A stretch of DNA of 28,572 bases from a virus (lineage: Duplodnaviria; Caudoviricetes), in IMG/VR virus record IMGVR_UViG_3300033129_000617, positions 1-28,572 of that record; one strand, written 5' to 3'. Positions 16,712 through 24,079 of this stretch are shown one piece after another. The notes under the pieces are model-generated. The model was not told where the DNA came from, did not search any database, and worked only from the letters and a program-made list of their open reading frames with translations. The position numbers and the translations under genes were made by a program. Position 1 is the first letter of the stretch. Every line of letters starts with the position of its first letter.

Positions 16712-16741
16712 CAAATTTAATACCTTTTTTGTCATTGTCAA
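16712..16741 (-). promoter_or_regulatory. Main early promoter TTG-N19-TAAATTTG
   Basis: Matches the Bacteroidota -33/-7 consensus and spacing. Preceded by a long T-rich tract and two terminators. Confidence 0.85.
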
Positions 16742-16773
16742 TACCCAAAATGAAAAAAAATAAAAAAAGGCAT

Positions 16774-16802
16774 AAAAAAAGCCCTGCAGATATTGCTAGG
16801 GC
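16774..16802 (-). terminator. Intrinsic terminator (second of a tandem pair)
   Basis: GCCCT(A)GCA-ATATC-TGCAGGGC followed by T7. Confidence 0.7.
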
Positions 16803-16827
16803 ATAAACATTTTTTTTCTTAATAAAT

Positions 16828-16890
16828 AAAAAAGCCCCTGCAATTAAGCAGAGGCTCTATAAAACCTAAAGCCTACTATGAAAAGGCAGT
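16828..16890 (-). ncRNA. Candidate antisense sRNA-1 (about 60-65 nt) ending in an intrinsic terminator
   Basis: ACUGCCUUUUCAUAGUAGGCUUUAGGUUUUAU-AGAGCCUCUGC-UUAAUU-GCAGGGGCUUUUUU. It has its own -7 element directly upstream, and its 5' part is complementary to early-gene leaders. Confidence 0.6.
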
Positions 16891-16891
16891 A

Positions 16892-16899
16892 CAAAGATA
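16892..16899 (-). promoter_or_regulatory. -7 element TATCTTTG upstream of candidate sRNA-1
   Basis: TAnnTTTG directly after the TAG of the last late gene, with no minus-strand ORF before the terminator. No clear -33. Confidence 0.55.
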
Positions 16900-17157
16900 C
16901 TAATTTTTCTCAGTATCATCTACAGCCATTTGAGAGATAGTAGTAATAATAGTGCCTGCAGTAATTAAATAGCCTGATAAAGATACTACAGCTAGAGGCA
17001 AAGCTACAGGAGTAGCAGCTAATGCCCCTCCGATTACTCCAGCTACTATCCCAATAGTTCTCAGCTTAGCGAAAAATGGAGGAGTAGGAGCTTTAATCCT
17101 CTCCATTACATCCATCTCATTAGCTTTTTTAGGTAGCAAATTTTTTAAATTTTTCAT
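16900..17157 (-). CDS. Membrane protein, possibly holin-like (85 aa; start revised to MKNLKN)
   Basis: 'ERIKAPTP.FF.KLR.IG' followed by two hydrophobic segments. Last gene of the late unit. Confidence 0.6.
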   Translation of the reverse strand: MKNLKNLLPKKANEMDVMERIKAPTPPFFAKLRTIGIVAGVIGGALAATPVALPLAVVSLSGYLITAGTIITTISQMAVDDTEKN

Positions 17158-17188
17158 AATAACTCTTTTAGTTAGTTCGTATTTATTT

Positions 17189-17338
17189 TTATGGTAAATG
17201 GATTTCAGCATAGGAGATACCTCCATTTTCTGATACCCATAATCTACAGCCATTTTCATAAAATGCCATAGCATCCTGATAATTTAAATCATACTTTGTA
17301 GATCCATCTACTAAAGTTACTGCATAAACTTTTATCAT
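17189..17338 (-). CDS. Unannotated 49-aa protein coupled to the tail fibre
   Basis: MIKVYAVTLVDGSTKYDLNYQDAMAFYENGCRLWVSENGGISYAEIHLP. ATGA overlap with the fibre stop. Confidence 0.7.
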   Translation of the reverse strand: MIKVYAVTLVDGSTKYDLNYQDAMAFYENGCRLWVSENGGISYAEIHLP

Positions 17339-18753
17339 GGTTTCAAAATTTCTATAAATGCTGCCTCCAAAATTGCTGTATCTGCTCCTACTGATTTTAA
17401 TACATTAAAGGAAAATGCAGTAGTAGTATTTAGATCTATTGTATTATTAGTAAATGCATTGCTAGATGTTCCTATGCCTGCTACGTTTGTTGATGCCCAT
17501 ATACGCAAATTAGTAGTAGATGTAACAATCATAAAAAGCTCTCCCTGTACCATTGTTAAAGATGCTCCCTGAGCTGCAGTACCTAAAATACTATTTCCTG
17601 AGGTAGTATTATTACCAAATCTAATCCTAATCTGTTTAGTTCCTGAGTTACCACTAAATGAATATATAAAACCTAATCTCAGAATATCCCCTGAAGATAA
17701 AGTATTAGCAGGGATGGATAAAGTTTGGATTACAATCTCATTACCATTACCGGGATTACCTGCTAGGGCTGATCCCGAAAAATGAACTGCAGGAAAAGTT
17801 ACTCTAGGGATGCGAGCATTAGCAAATACTCCACTATTAATTTGAGATGCTGAAAATGTTTTACTTGCATCAGAGGTATTATCTACATTTGATAGCCCTA
17901 CCTGCGTTTTAGTTAATGGTCTATTTTTCCATAGTCCATCAGAGGCATAGTATAAATAATGATCAGTAGCAGGGCTAGTAATTTCTACCCCATGCAGCTC
18001 TCCTAGCTCATAGCCATTCTGAATAGCAATAACCATTCTGCCCTCAGTAGGATGAGCCCTAACTACATAGCCGATAAATACAGCATGAGCTGGCTCTGCA
18101 GGAGGAGTATTAGCTACATAATCTCCAGCAGTTTCTGAGAGCCATAGCATATCCCCTGCAGCAAAGGCAGATAAATTAAGATTATGCAAAGTGCCATTAA
18201 TTGCTACAAATCCATCAGTATTATCAGGTATATCTGCAGATACTATGCCTATAGTTTTAGTAGCAGTAGCCTCTAGAGATGCATCAGCTAATAATGCATT
18301 AGGTCTATTACCTGTAGAGCCTGATAGATAAACTGCTTTACCTTTAGCCAATGTAGATCCTGTACTATTCCTAACTATGATCTCTATCCTCTCAGCTTTA
18401 TCTACTACCCCATCAGCATCAGTATCATATACTGATTTAAACATATCCCCCTTTAGATCTAATACAGCATCTAGGTTAGCATTATCTGAGGGCTGCCCTG
18501 TAATATCAGCAAAAGCTACTGATCCTCCTCCTCCTGTAGGCATAATAATTAAATCCTCATCTGCTACTCCATCCCTATAATAATACTTTACTGCCTGGCC
18601 TGCAGTAATAACTACTACCTCTAGCCCCTGTACTCTGAACTCCTGAGGGATGGATGCATTAGCCTCAGCTACTGAGCTATAATTACCTACCCTATTATCT
18701 AAATGCTTAGGAGCATCTAGCTGAAAATTATCATTGATATTAGTTAATGCCAT
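17335..18753 (-). CDS. Tail fibre / receptor-binding protein (472 aa, modular)
   Basis: Gly/Ala/Ser/Thr-rich, with a 'TKTQVGLSNVDNTSD' tail-fibre repeat, a GGGGS linker and a beta-rich C-terminal domain. Confidence 0.75.
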   Translation of the reverse strand: MALTNINDNFQLDAPKHLDNRVGNYSSVAEANASIPQEFRVQGLEVVVITAGQAVKYYYRDGVADEDLIIMPTGGGGSVAFADITGQPSDNANLDAVLDLKGDMFKSVYDTDADGVVDKAERIEIIVRNSTGSTLAKGKAVYLSGSTGNRPNALLADASLEATATKTIGIVSADIPDNTDGFVAINGTLHNLNLSAFAAGDMLWLSETAGDYVANTPPAEPAHAVFIGYVVRAHPTEGRMVIAIQNGYELGELHGVEITSPATDHYLYYASDGLWKNRPLTKTQVGLSNVDNTSDASKTFSASQINSGVFANARIPRVTFPAVHFSGSALAGNPGNGNEIVIQTLSIPANTLSSGDILRLGFIYSFSGNSGTKQIRIRFGNNTTSGNSILGTAAQGASLTMVQGELFMIVTSTTNLRIWASTNVAGIGTSSNAFTNNTIDLNTTTAFSFNVLKSVGADTAILEAAFIEILKP

Positions 18754-19571
18754 TAGCTAAAATTTATGTATCTGCCTGTAGTTATGTAGTTAGTAATATA
18801 GAGAGTATATGCCTCTGCATTAATCTCTATAGCCTCTGAGGTAAATAGCTCTCCTACTCCTATCTCTCCTCTATTTATGTTGCTATTATACCATGCTGTA
18901 TAGGTTACTCCTGCAGCATCAGGGATAGCTAAATAAAGATACCCCTCTGAGCTTGCATAGTTTACTCCATAGCTGGATAGATCTCTTACAAAAGCATTAG
19001 GAGTAGCCTCTGATAAATCTACTGATGAGCTCTCTGAGATACCAAAATAAACTGCATAGGGCAGAGTATAGGTAGGGATGGAGCAAATATCTCTGCCAAA
19101 GGGCATAGAAAAATCTAAAGATAAATTAGCTCCTGCTAAAACATCATTTTGAATATCAAAAAAAGGCTGTATATTATTCTGCTCTGATACTTGCATATCA
19201 TCTGCTCCATCATTAAAATAATGATTAACAAAATCAGATGCAATTAAAACGCAATCAGATACCACCTCATCTATTACATCCTGATTAAAATCATTTAAGG
19301 ATCTCCCAGCTGCATACTTCTCAGGATTTTCTACCCTATCCATGATATTTAAGGAAATGGTATAAACTAGAGAGCTCCCCTCAGTTCTGCATCTCTCTAG
19401 ATTAATAAATACTAGAGGATAATTAACGTGCTCCTTTCCTTCCTTTCTAAAGCTGAGGATATTTGCACTATGCAGCTCTAAAGGATTACCCGTACCGAAA
19501 CTATTTATTAAAGGATGAGCCTGAGAAAATTCTAAAAGGCTCTTTTTTATCCTGTTGTAACTGCTCTGCAT
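18753..19571 (-). CDS. Putative tail terminator/completion protein with a C-terminal extension
   Basis: 'H..INSF..G...YPLVFI...SDC..I..D...QPF......LAG' core, then an extra beta-rich domain (VYFG...GYLYLAIP). Confidence 0.5.
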   Translation of the reverse strand: MQSSYNRIKKSLLEFSQAHPLINSFGTGNPLELHSANILSFRKEGKEHVNYPLVFINLERCRTEGSSLVYTISLNIMDRVENPEKYAAGRSLNDFNQDVIDEVVSDCVLIASDFVNHYFNDGADDMQVSEQNNIQPFFDIQNDVLAGANLSLDFSMPFGRDICSIPTYTLPYAVYFGISESSSVDLSEATPNAFVRDLSSYGVNYASSEGYLYLAIPDAAGVTYTAWYNSNINRGEIGVGELFTSEAIEINAEAYTLYITNYITTGRYINFS

Positions 19572-19618
19572 AAACTTTATTTAATTTTTCAATATTAGAA
19601 AAGTTAGCTCCTCTCTTT

Positions 19619-20182
19619 TTAGAGGTCGCTTTCTCTCCTATTCCCATAAAATCTCCCTTTGCAATCATGGCAATCATCTAAAATTAAACCTAATGTATAT
19701 GCATCTCTGATAGGTAGCATCTTATCTATAGTACTATTAGCAGAGTAGGCTGGATAGCTAGAGCTATTAGCAATTAAATACTTTACCAACCTCTGCCCAT
19801 AAAACTCTGCTTTAATTCTATTCTTTTCAGTTACCTCTCTGATCTCATTTAATGATGCATAATTAGAGCCCTCTCCATTGTTTCTAGTTAGATCCCTGTT
19901 TACGAACTTATAGGAGATAGCCATAGGTAGCTCCATCATAATATAATAAACTAGGCAGGGCTTAATATAGCTCCTGAGCAGAGTAATATTATTAGTGCTA
20001 ATATCATCAGCTATAATCTCATCTGAGATCTCTACAAATAAATCAGTACCTAAAATAGGCTGCAGATACATATCCTGAGCTAGTAAAATAGTAGGTCTGA
20101 TTTTATCCATAGATAAATTTTCATCTACTATACTATACTCTTTTAGCCCCTGCTCAGTAATAAATAATGCTCTCTCACTCAT
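19619..20182 (-). CDS. Head-tail adaptor-like protein (start revised to MSERALF)
   Basis: Follows the portal with an ATGA overlap. 'LFI....LK.....N....I.P.I..AQD.YL.PILGTDLF...YIKP.L' helical family. Confidence 0.65.
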   Translation of the reverse strand: MSERALFITEQGLKEYSIVDENLSMDKIRPTILLAQDMYLQPILGTDLFVEISDEIIADDISTNNITLLRSYIKPCLVYYIMMELPMAISYKFVNRDLTRNNGEGSNYASLNEIREVTEKNRIKAEFYGQRLVKYLIANSSSYPAYSANSTIDKMLPIRDAYTLGLILDDCHDCKGRFYGNRRESDL

Positions 20183-22116
20183 GATTTTCTTTTTACTAAT
20201 TTCTGCATCCAAATATGCCTACAAAATGGATAGGTTAATCCTGTTTTACTATCAGTATAAAATCCTCCTCTTAGCTCCCATACGTTTCTGCCTGTAATAT
20301 TTGAGATAGTATCAATCTCCTCCCTACTAAATAGCTTAGGATTATCCAGCATATAGGCGCAAAATTCACGAGTAGTAGGTAGCTTAGCTGCTCCTGAGAA
20401 TTTTGGATTTTTTTCATACTGATATTTTACCTCCAAAAATCCCTCAGTAGATTTAATATAATCATCTACATCATCCCCGATTTTCCTAATACCTCTATCT
20501 ACTTTGATTAATCCCTTTTCTGTTAGGTAATTAAGCCTCTCAGATACTAGCTCCTCAGTAGCATCTACTTTATCTGCAATATCTCCAGCAGGCATATTAG
20601 GATCATCTTTCAAAATCTTTAAAATTAATTTATCTAGATCATCATACTGAGATGCGAAAAGCTGAGCCTCTGATTTTACTACCTCCTCAAAATTCTGAAA
20701 ATCAAAAATCTCTGCTTTTAATACCTCATAATTATCTGCATTCTCTCCATACTCAGAAAAAATATTAAAATCAAAATCATGAGCATTAAAAGATGCTGCA
20801 GGAGCTGGAGCTGCAGAAGTAATAGGCATTAATCCTACTATAGCTCTGATCTCATCTGCACTCATGCTCTCTAGCACCTTATTAGCTACTAATGGAGATA
20901 GCTGATTAATAGCATTGATTAATTGCTGCTGAGAGCCCTGAGTAGTATCAGGCAAAGGAGCTAGCCCTGCTATAGCTCTCATCTCATCCTTTGTAGATAC
21001 TTGTAATAATGTTTGCTCTGATAGCTGAGCAGTAATAGGCTCTAGCTGCTTAATCTCTAATGCATCATCTACCCCTTTAAAAGATAGGATATAATTAAAA
21101 ACTGAGCAGATGATATTCTGCCGATCTGATGCATAGATATTTTTAAATAGCTCATACGCATCTATCAGCTCATTTCTATTACCTAGAGAGCCTGCCTCCC
21201 TGATACCAAAAATCAGAGGGCTAGTAATTCTATGCGCTACAAATAACTCATTTTGCACCTGATCATTTAGTAGATTAAACTGATCAGGTAGATCAGAGGT
21301 AGGGATAGCATCAATAGTAGGAGCATTTTCTTTGCTATCATGGAACGTAATAAACATCCTGCCAGCATTATTAGTACCTCCCCATTTATCATTAATCTTT
21401 CTCTCTATAGTTCTAGCAGCATCCTCTGAGGGCTTTCCATCATTAAAGGAGATCATAAAGCCTCCCCAAAAATTATTATTTAGGTTATTAAGATGGAAAT
21501 TACTGATCTCTTTATCAATCTCTATATACTTTAGAGCCCCGATATAATCAGGGATAGCATATACTTTACCTCCAGCTGTATATTTTTTGTAAAATATCAT
21601 CTGCTTTCCTACCTTATTTTCAGGATCAAAAGCAGGGATTTTCTCAGCCTTATCAATTTTTGCGCTAGTTCCCCAATTTTCTAGAACATAGAAATAATTT
21701 AGCTCCTCATCAGTTCGTACCTTATTATACCCTACATGAGATACAGATACAGGCTGCTGATTTAAGCCCCATATAACCTCTAAATAAAAGCCATTAAATA
21801 GCTCAAAATCTGCTGCTACTTTATTAAGCAGATCATTAGCATCCTCATACGGATTAGGAGATGCTAGAAAAGCCTTTACTATATTCTGCTGCTCAGGGTT
21901 TAAATTTTTATTCTTAATGCTAAATCCGTTACCAATGATAAAGTTAATTTTACCATTGATCAGAGCGTTATGCTTAGCTGATTTAAGATAAAGATCTAAA
22001 AGTTTATCAGGATAATCATTCCTATCCCCTGAAAATACAATGCCTTTTACAGGCTTTTCTTTATACTCCTCAGGAGCATAGGCAGATAAATCTACTCTTT
22101 TAAATATTTGGCTCAT
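20179..22116 (-). CDS. Portal protein with a long C-terminal extension
   Basis: 'G..N.YP..L..LY..S..H.A.I..K...I.G.G', 'Y..PDY.GAL', 'AHRITSPLIFGI' and 'DE.R...GL.P'. Confidence 0.85.
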   Translation of the reverse strand: MSQIFKRVDLSAYAPEEYKEKPVKGIVFSGDRNDYPDKLLDLYLKSAKHNALINGKINFIIGNGFSIKNKNLNPEQQNIVKAFLASPNPYEDANDLLNKVAADFELFNGFYLEVIWGLNQQPVSVSHVGYNKVRTDEELNYFYVLENWGTSAKIDKAEKIPAFDPENKVGKQMIFYKKYTAGGKVYAIPDYIGALKYIEIDKEISNFHLNNLNNNFWGGFMISFNDGKPSEDAARTIERKINDKWGGTNNAGRMFITFHDSKENAPTIDAIPTSDLPDQFNLLNDQVQNELFVAHRITSPLIFGIREAGSLGNRNELIDAYELFKNIYASDRQNIICSVFNYILSFKGVDDALEIKQLEPITAQLSEQTLLQVSTKDEMRAIAGLAPLPDTTQGSQQQLINAINQLSPLVANKVLESMSADEIRAIVGLMPITSAAPAPAASFNAHDFDFNIFSEYGENADNYEVLKAEIFDFQNFEEVVKSEAQLFASQYDDLDKLILKILKDDPNMPAGDIADKVDATEELVSERLNYLTEKGLIKVDRGIRKIGDDVDDYIKSTEGFLEVKYQYEKNPKFSGAAKLPTTREFCAYMLDNPKLFSREEIDTISNITGRNVWELRGGFYTDSKTGLTYPFCRHIWMQKLVKRKS

Positions 22117-22468
22117 AATATGTTACATTATCTGCATAGCTACTAAATGCAGTATCATTATATAAATGCTCTGCTAGCCCTGCCTCTAATACCTTTACTA
22201 AATTACTATCATTAATATCTACTGCTACTCCATCAGATAAAAACACGCTGTATCTATACTGCCCATCCTTTAGAGCTGGAGCTGTAAAACTAAATCTATT
22301 AAATCTCTCAGGGTTAGGGCTCTGATCATTTCCTAAATCTATGAAATAGGAGGTATTAGTAGCAATATGCAGTAAAGATAAATAATAATAGGGAGTAGCT
22401 ATATCAATAGCCTCATCTCCTATAGTTATCAAAATGATATTCTCTATATCCTTAGTTAAATAAATCAT
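22100..22468 (-). CDS. Hypothetical structural-module protein (122 aa)
   Basis: Beta-rich ORF overlapping the portal start. Confidence 0.65.
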   Translation of the reverse strand: MIYLTKDIENIILITIGDEAIDIATPYYYLSLLHIATNTSYFIDLGNDQSPNPERFNRFSFTAPALKDGQYRYSVFLSDGVAVDINDSNLVKVLEAGLAEHLYNDTAFSSYADNVTYYEPNI

Positions 22469-22506
22469 CTATCTATAAATAGAGATAGCCTCAAAAATGA
22501 GCAAAT

Positions 22507-22564
22507 AAAAAGCCCCTGCTAATGCAGGAGCTCAAAACAATATGAAAAACGGAAAAGGTATTTA
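22507..22564 (-). ncRNA. Candidate antisense sRNA-2 / 3'UTR element with an intrinsic terminator
   Basis: UAAAUACCUUUUCCGUUUUUCAUAUUGUUUUG-AGCUCCUGC-AUUA-GCAGGGGCU-UUUU. Sixteen nt are an exact complement of the start region of gene 16214..16429. The terminator is solid, the ncRNA call is tentative. Confidence 0.55.
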
Positions 22565-23080
22565 TTAACTTAGCAATCCTGCTACTACTCCTGAGCTGAT
22601 GCTATATGCTTCCTCAGGCTCTTCTGATGAGATAGTTAGGTTATAGCCATTCATATCTCCCATAGCTGTACCCGTTACTGCAGTTTTAGTAGAGATCTCA
22701 CAAAGGTTCTCTTTACCAATAAACCAAAAATCATTATTTTGGGTTTGCACAATGCAGTAAAAGCGGCTGCCTGCCAAAAGTTTTAGCTCATTTCTAGTTG
22801 CAGTATCTTGTTTATGTAAAACTACAGTAACCTCAGTAGTAGTAAAGCGAGTACCATTAGCTCTAGAGCCTGTAGTAGTTTCTGTTACCTGAGATAATCC
22901 CTTAGGTAGATCATACTTAAAAAATAATTTGTCTGCAGCTAAAGTAATAGCAGAAATAGCTCCTGCTGATGCAGTCATGCTACTGATGCTATCTCCATCT
23001 CCTACATAGATAGCTTTAATACCACCTACGTTATCACGGCAAACTGATAGGGCTCTGCCTGTTGTTAATGCACAACTCAT
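22565..23080 (-). CDS. Major tail (tube) protein
   Basis: 'MSC.LT.GR...C.D.VGGIK.IY', 'NGT.F', 'GTA.GD.NGY.LT...EE'. Follows the capsid gene. Confidence 0.7.
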   Translation of the reverse strand: MSCALTTGRALSVCRDNVGGIKAIYVGDGDSISSMTASAGAISAITLAADKLFFKYDLPKGLSQVTETTTGSRANGTRFTTTEVTVVLHKQDTATRNELKLLAGSRFYCIVQTQNNDFWFIGKENLCEISTKTAVTGTAMGDMNGYNLTISSEEPEEAYSISSGVVAGLLS

Positions 23081-23100
23081 ATATAATCCTCCTATTTTTT

Positions 23101-23133
23101 AAAAAGGAGCAGAGGATGTTACTCCCCTGCTCT
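23101..23133 (-). terminator. Intrinsic terminator after the major capsid gene
   Basis: GAGCAGGGGA-GTAACA-TCCTCTGCTC then CTTTTT. Confidence 0.8.
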
Positions 23134-23142
23134 CGTTAATTA

Positions 23143-24066
23143 TTACGCTCCCAAATGGTACTCTACCACCTGATCAATAAATGCTACCTGAGCACCAATA
23201 TTAGCCTCCCAAACGAATTTAAAATTGCGATCGGATTTATCATAGTAAAGCTCAAAGGTTTCATTATCGCTTTCTAAATCTACTCCATAAATGAAATTAG
23301 ATTTCAAGCCTGCATACATTTTATTCTGCCCTGTTAATCCAGCTACAGGAACGATTTTCATGTTAGTAGCAGGGTGGTAAAAATCACCCTCAAAAGATCC
23401 TGTAGGAGCAAAGGCATAAAGGTTAGCAGTACGCAAAGCCTGAGTATAGATGCGGAACCAATCATAGCCCATAAACAACTGCAAATCTTCCTTATCCAAC
23501 AAAGCAGAAGGAGTATTAGTATAAAGCTCATCTACAGATGCCAAAGCATTAGCAGTAGTAAAGGTAGCAGTATTAGAGGTATTTCCATCTACGCAACCTG
23601 TAGATCCGCTAGTGCCGATAGTAGTAATCAATCCAGTAAACTGAGTAGAGCTGCCTGCATTCTGCCAAATTGCATTTTCCAAAGCTACGCCAATAGCTCG
23701 GATTTTCTCATTTACATAGCTCTCTTCAATAGGCATATCCTGAGCTCCTGCCATAGCTCCAGCAGTCATTAGCTGGCGCATCCAATACTGCTCTAATGAT
23801 GATACACAAAGTGCCTCATGGGAAAACGTGTGCTTAGCTCCGATCACACGCTGAGAGATAGTAGTATCTCCTGATGCAGTAAAGGTACAGCCTGAGCCAT
23901 ATTGCAAGCCTGCATCTGTAGCGATGCGGTTAATAGCTGTATCTCCTTTACAACCTGTTTGGATAGTCATGTTTTTAGCAGAGCGAGGAGAGGCTACTGC
24001 TTTAGCCAATAGAGGCAATTTATTTTGCTCTACATAGGCGGTCAATGTTCCTAGTGAAAATGCCAT
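23143..24066 (-). CDS. Major capsid protein
   Basis: 307 aa, placed after protease and scaffold and followed by a terminator. 'C.FT.SG.T...QR', 'LE..IW', 'F.GL', 'N.I.G.DL.SD'. Distinct codon usage. Confidence 0.8.
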   Translation of the reverse strand: MAFSLGTLTAYVEQNKLPLLAKAVASPRSAKNMTIQTGCKGDTAINRIATDAGLQYGSGCTFTASGDTTISQRVIGAKHTFSHEALCVSSLEQYWMRQLMTAGAMAGAQDMPIEESYVNEKIRAIGVALENAIWQNAGSSTQFTGLITTIGTSGSTGCVDGNTSNTATFTTANALASVDELYTNTPSALLDKEDLQLFMGYDWFRIYTQALRTANLYAFAPTGSFEGDFYHPATNMKIVPVAGLTGQNKMYAGLKSNFIYGVDLESDNETFELYYDKSDRNFKFVWEANIGAQVAFIDQVVEYHLGA

Positions 24067-24079
24067 AATTTAGTTTTTT

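Noticed and set aside
16673-16741. N-terminal extension MTMTKKV... given in the ORF track
   Set aside because: It runs through the early promoter and leader. The same longest-ORF artefact affects the starts given at 4020, 6351, 6745, 16277, 17274 and 20212.
16742-16899. tRNA, att site or integrase/repressor module in the largest intergenic region
   Set aside because: No cloverleaf, recombinase gene or divergent ORF. The region is accounted for by terminators, a promoter and the candidate sRNA.
16878-16940. Plus-strand mini-ORF MKRQYKDTNFSQYHLQPFER with an early-type leader
   Set aside because: I saw no plus-strand promoter. The -7 element and terminator polarity point to a minus-strand RNA, so the leader-like look is better explained as an antisense seed. 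Not fully excluded.
17665-17676. tataaaacctaa inside the tail-fibre gene, identical to 16858-16869
   Set aside because: An AT-rich 12-mer in coding sequence (LGFI) with no flanking hairpin. Probably chance.
17335-18753. Diversity-generating retroelement or invertible tail-fibre cassette
   Set aside because: No reverse transcriptase, invertase or template/variable repeat pair seen.
22542-22568. Plus-strand mini-ORF MKNGKGIY
   Set aside because: Only 8 codons, no promoter seen, and it sits inside a minus-strand 3'UTR. Treated as the mirror image of the antisense seed.
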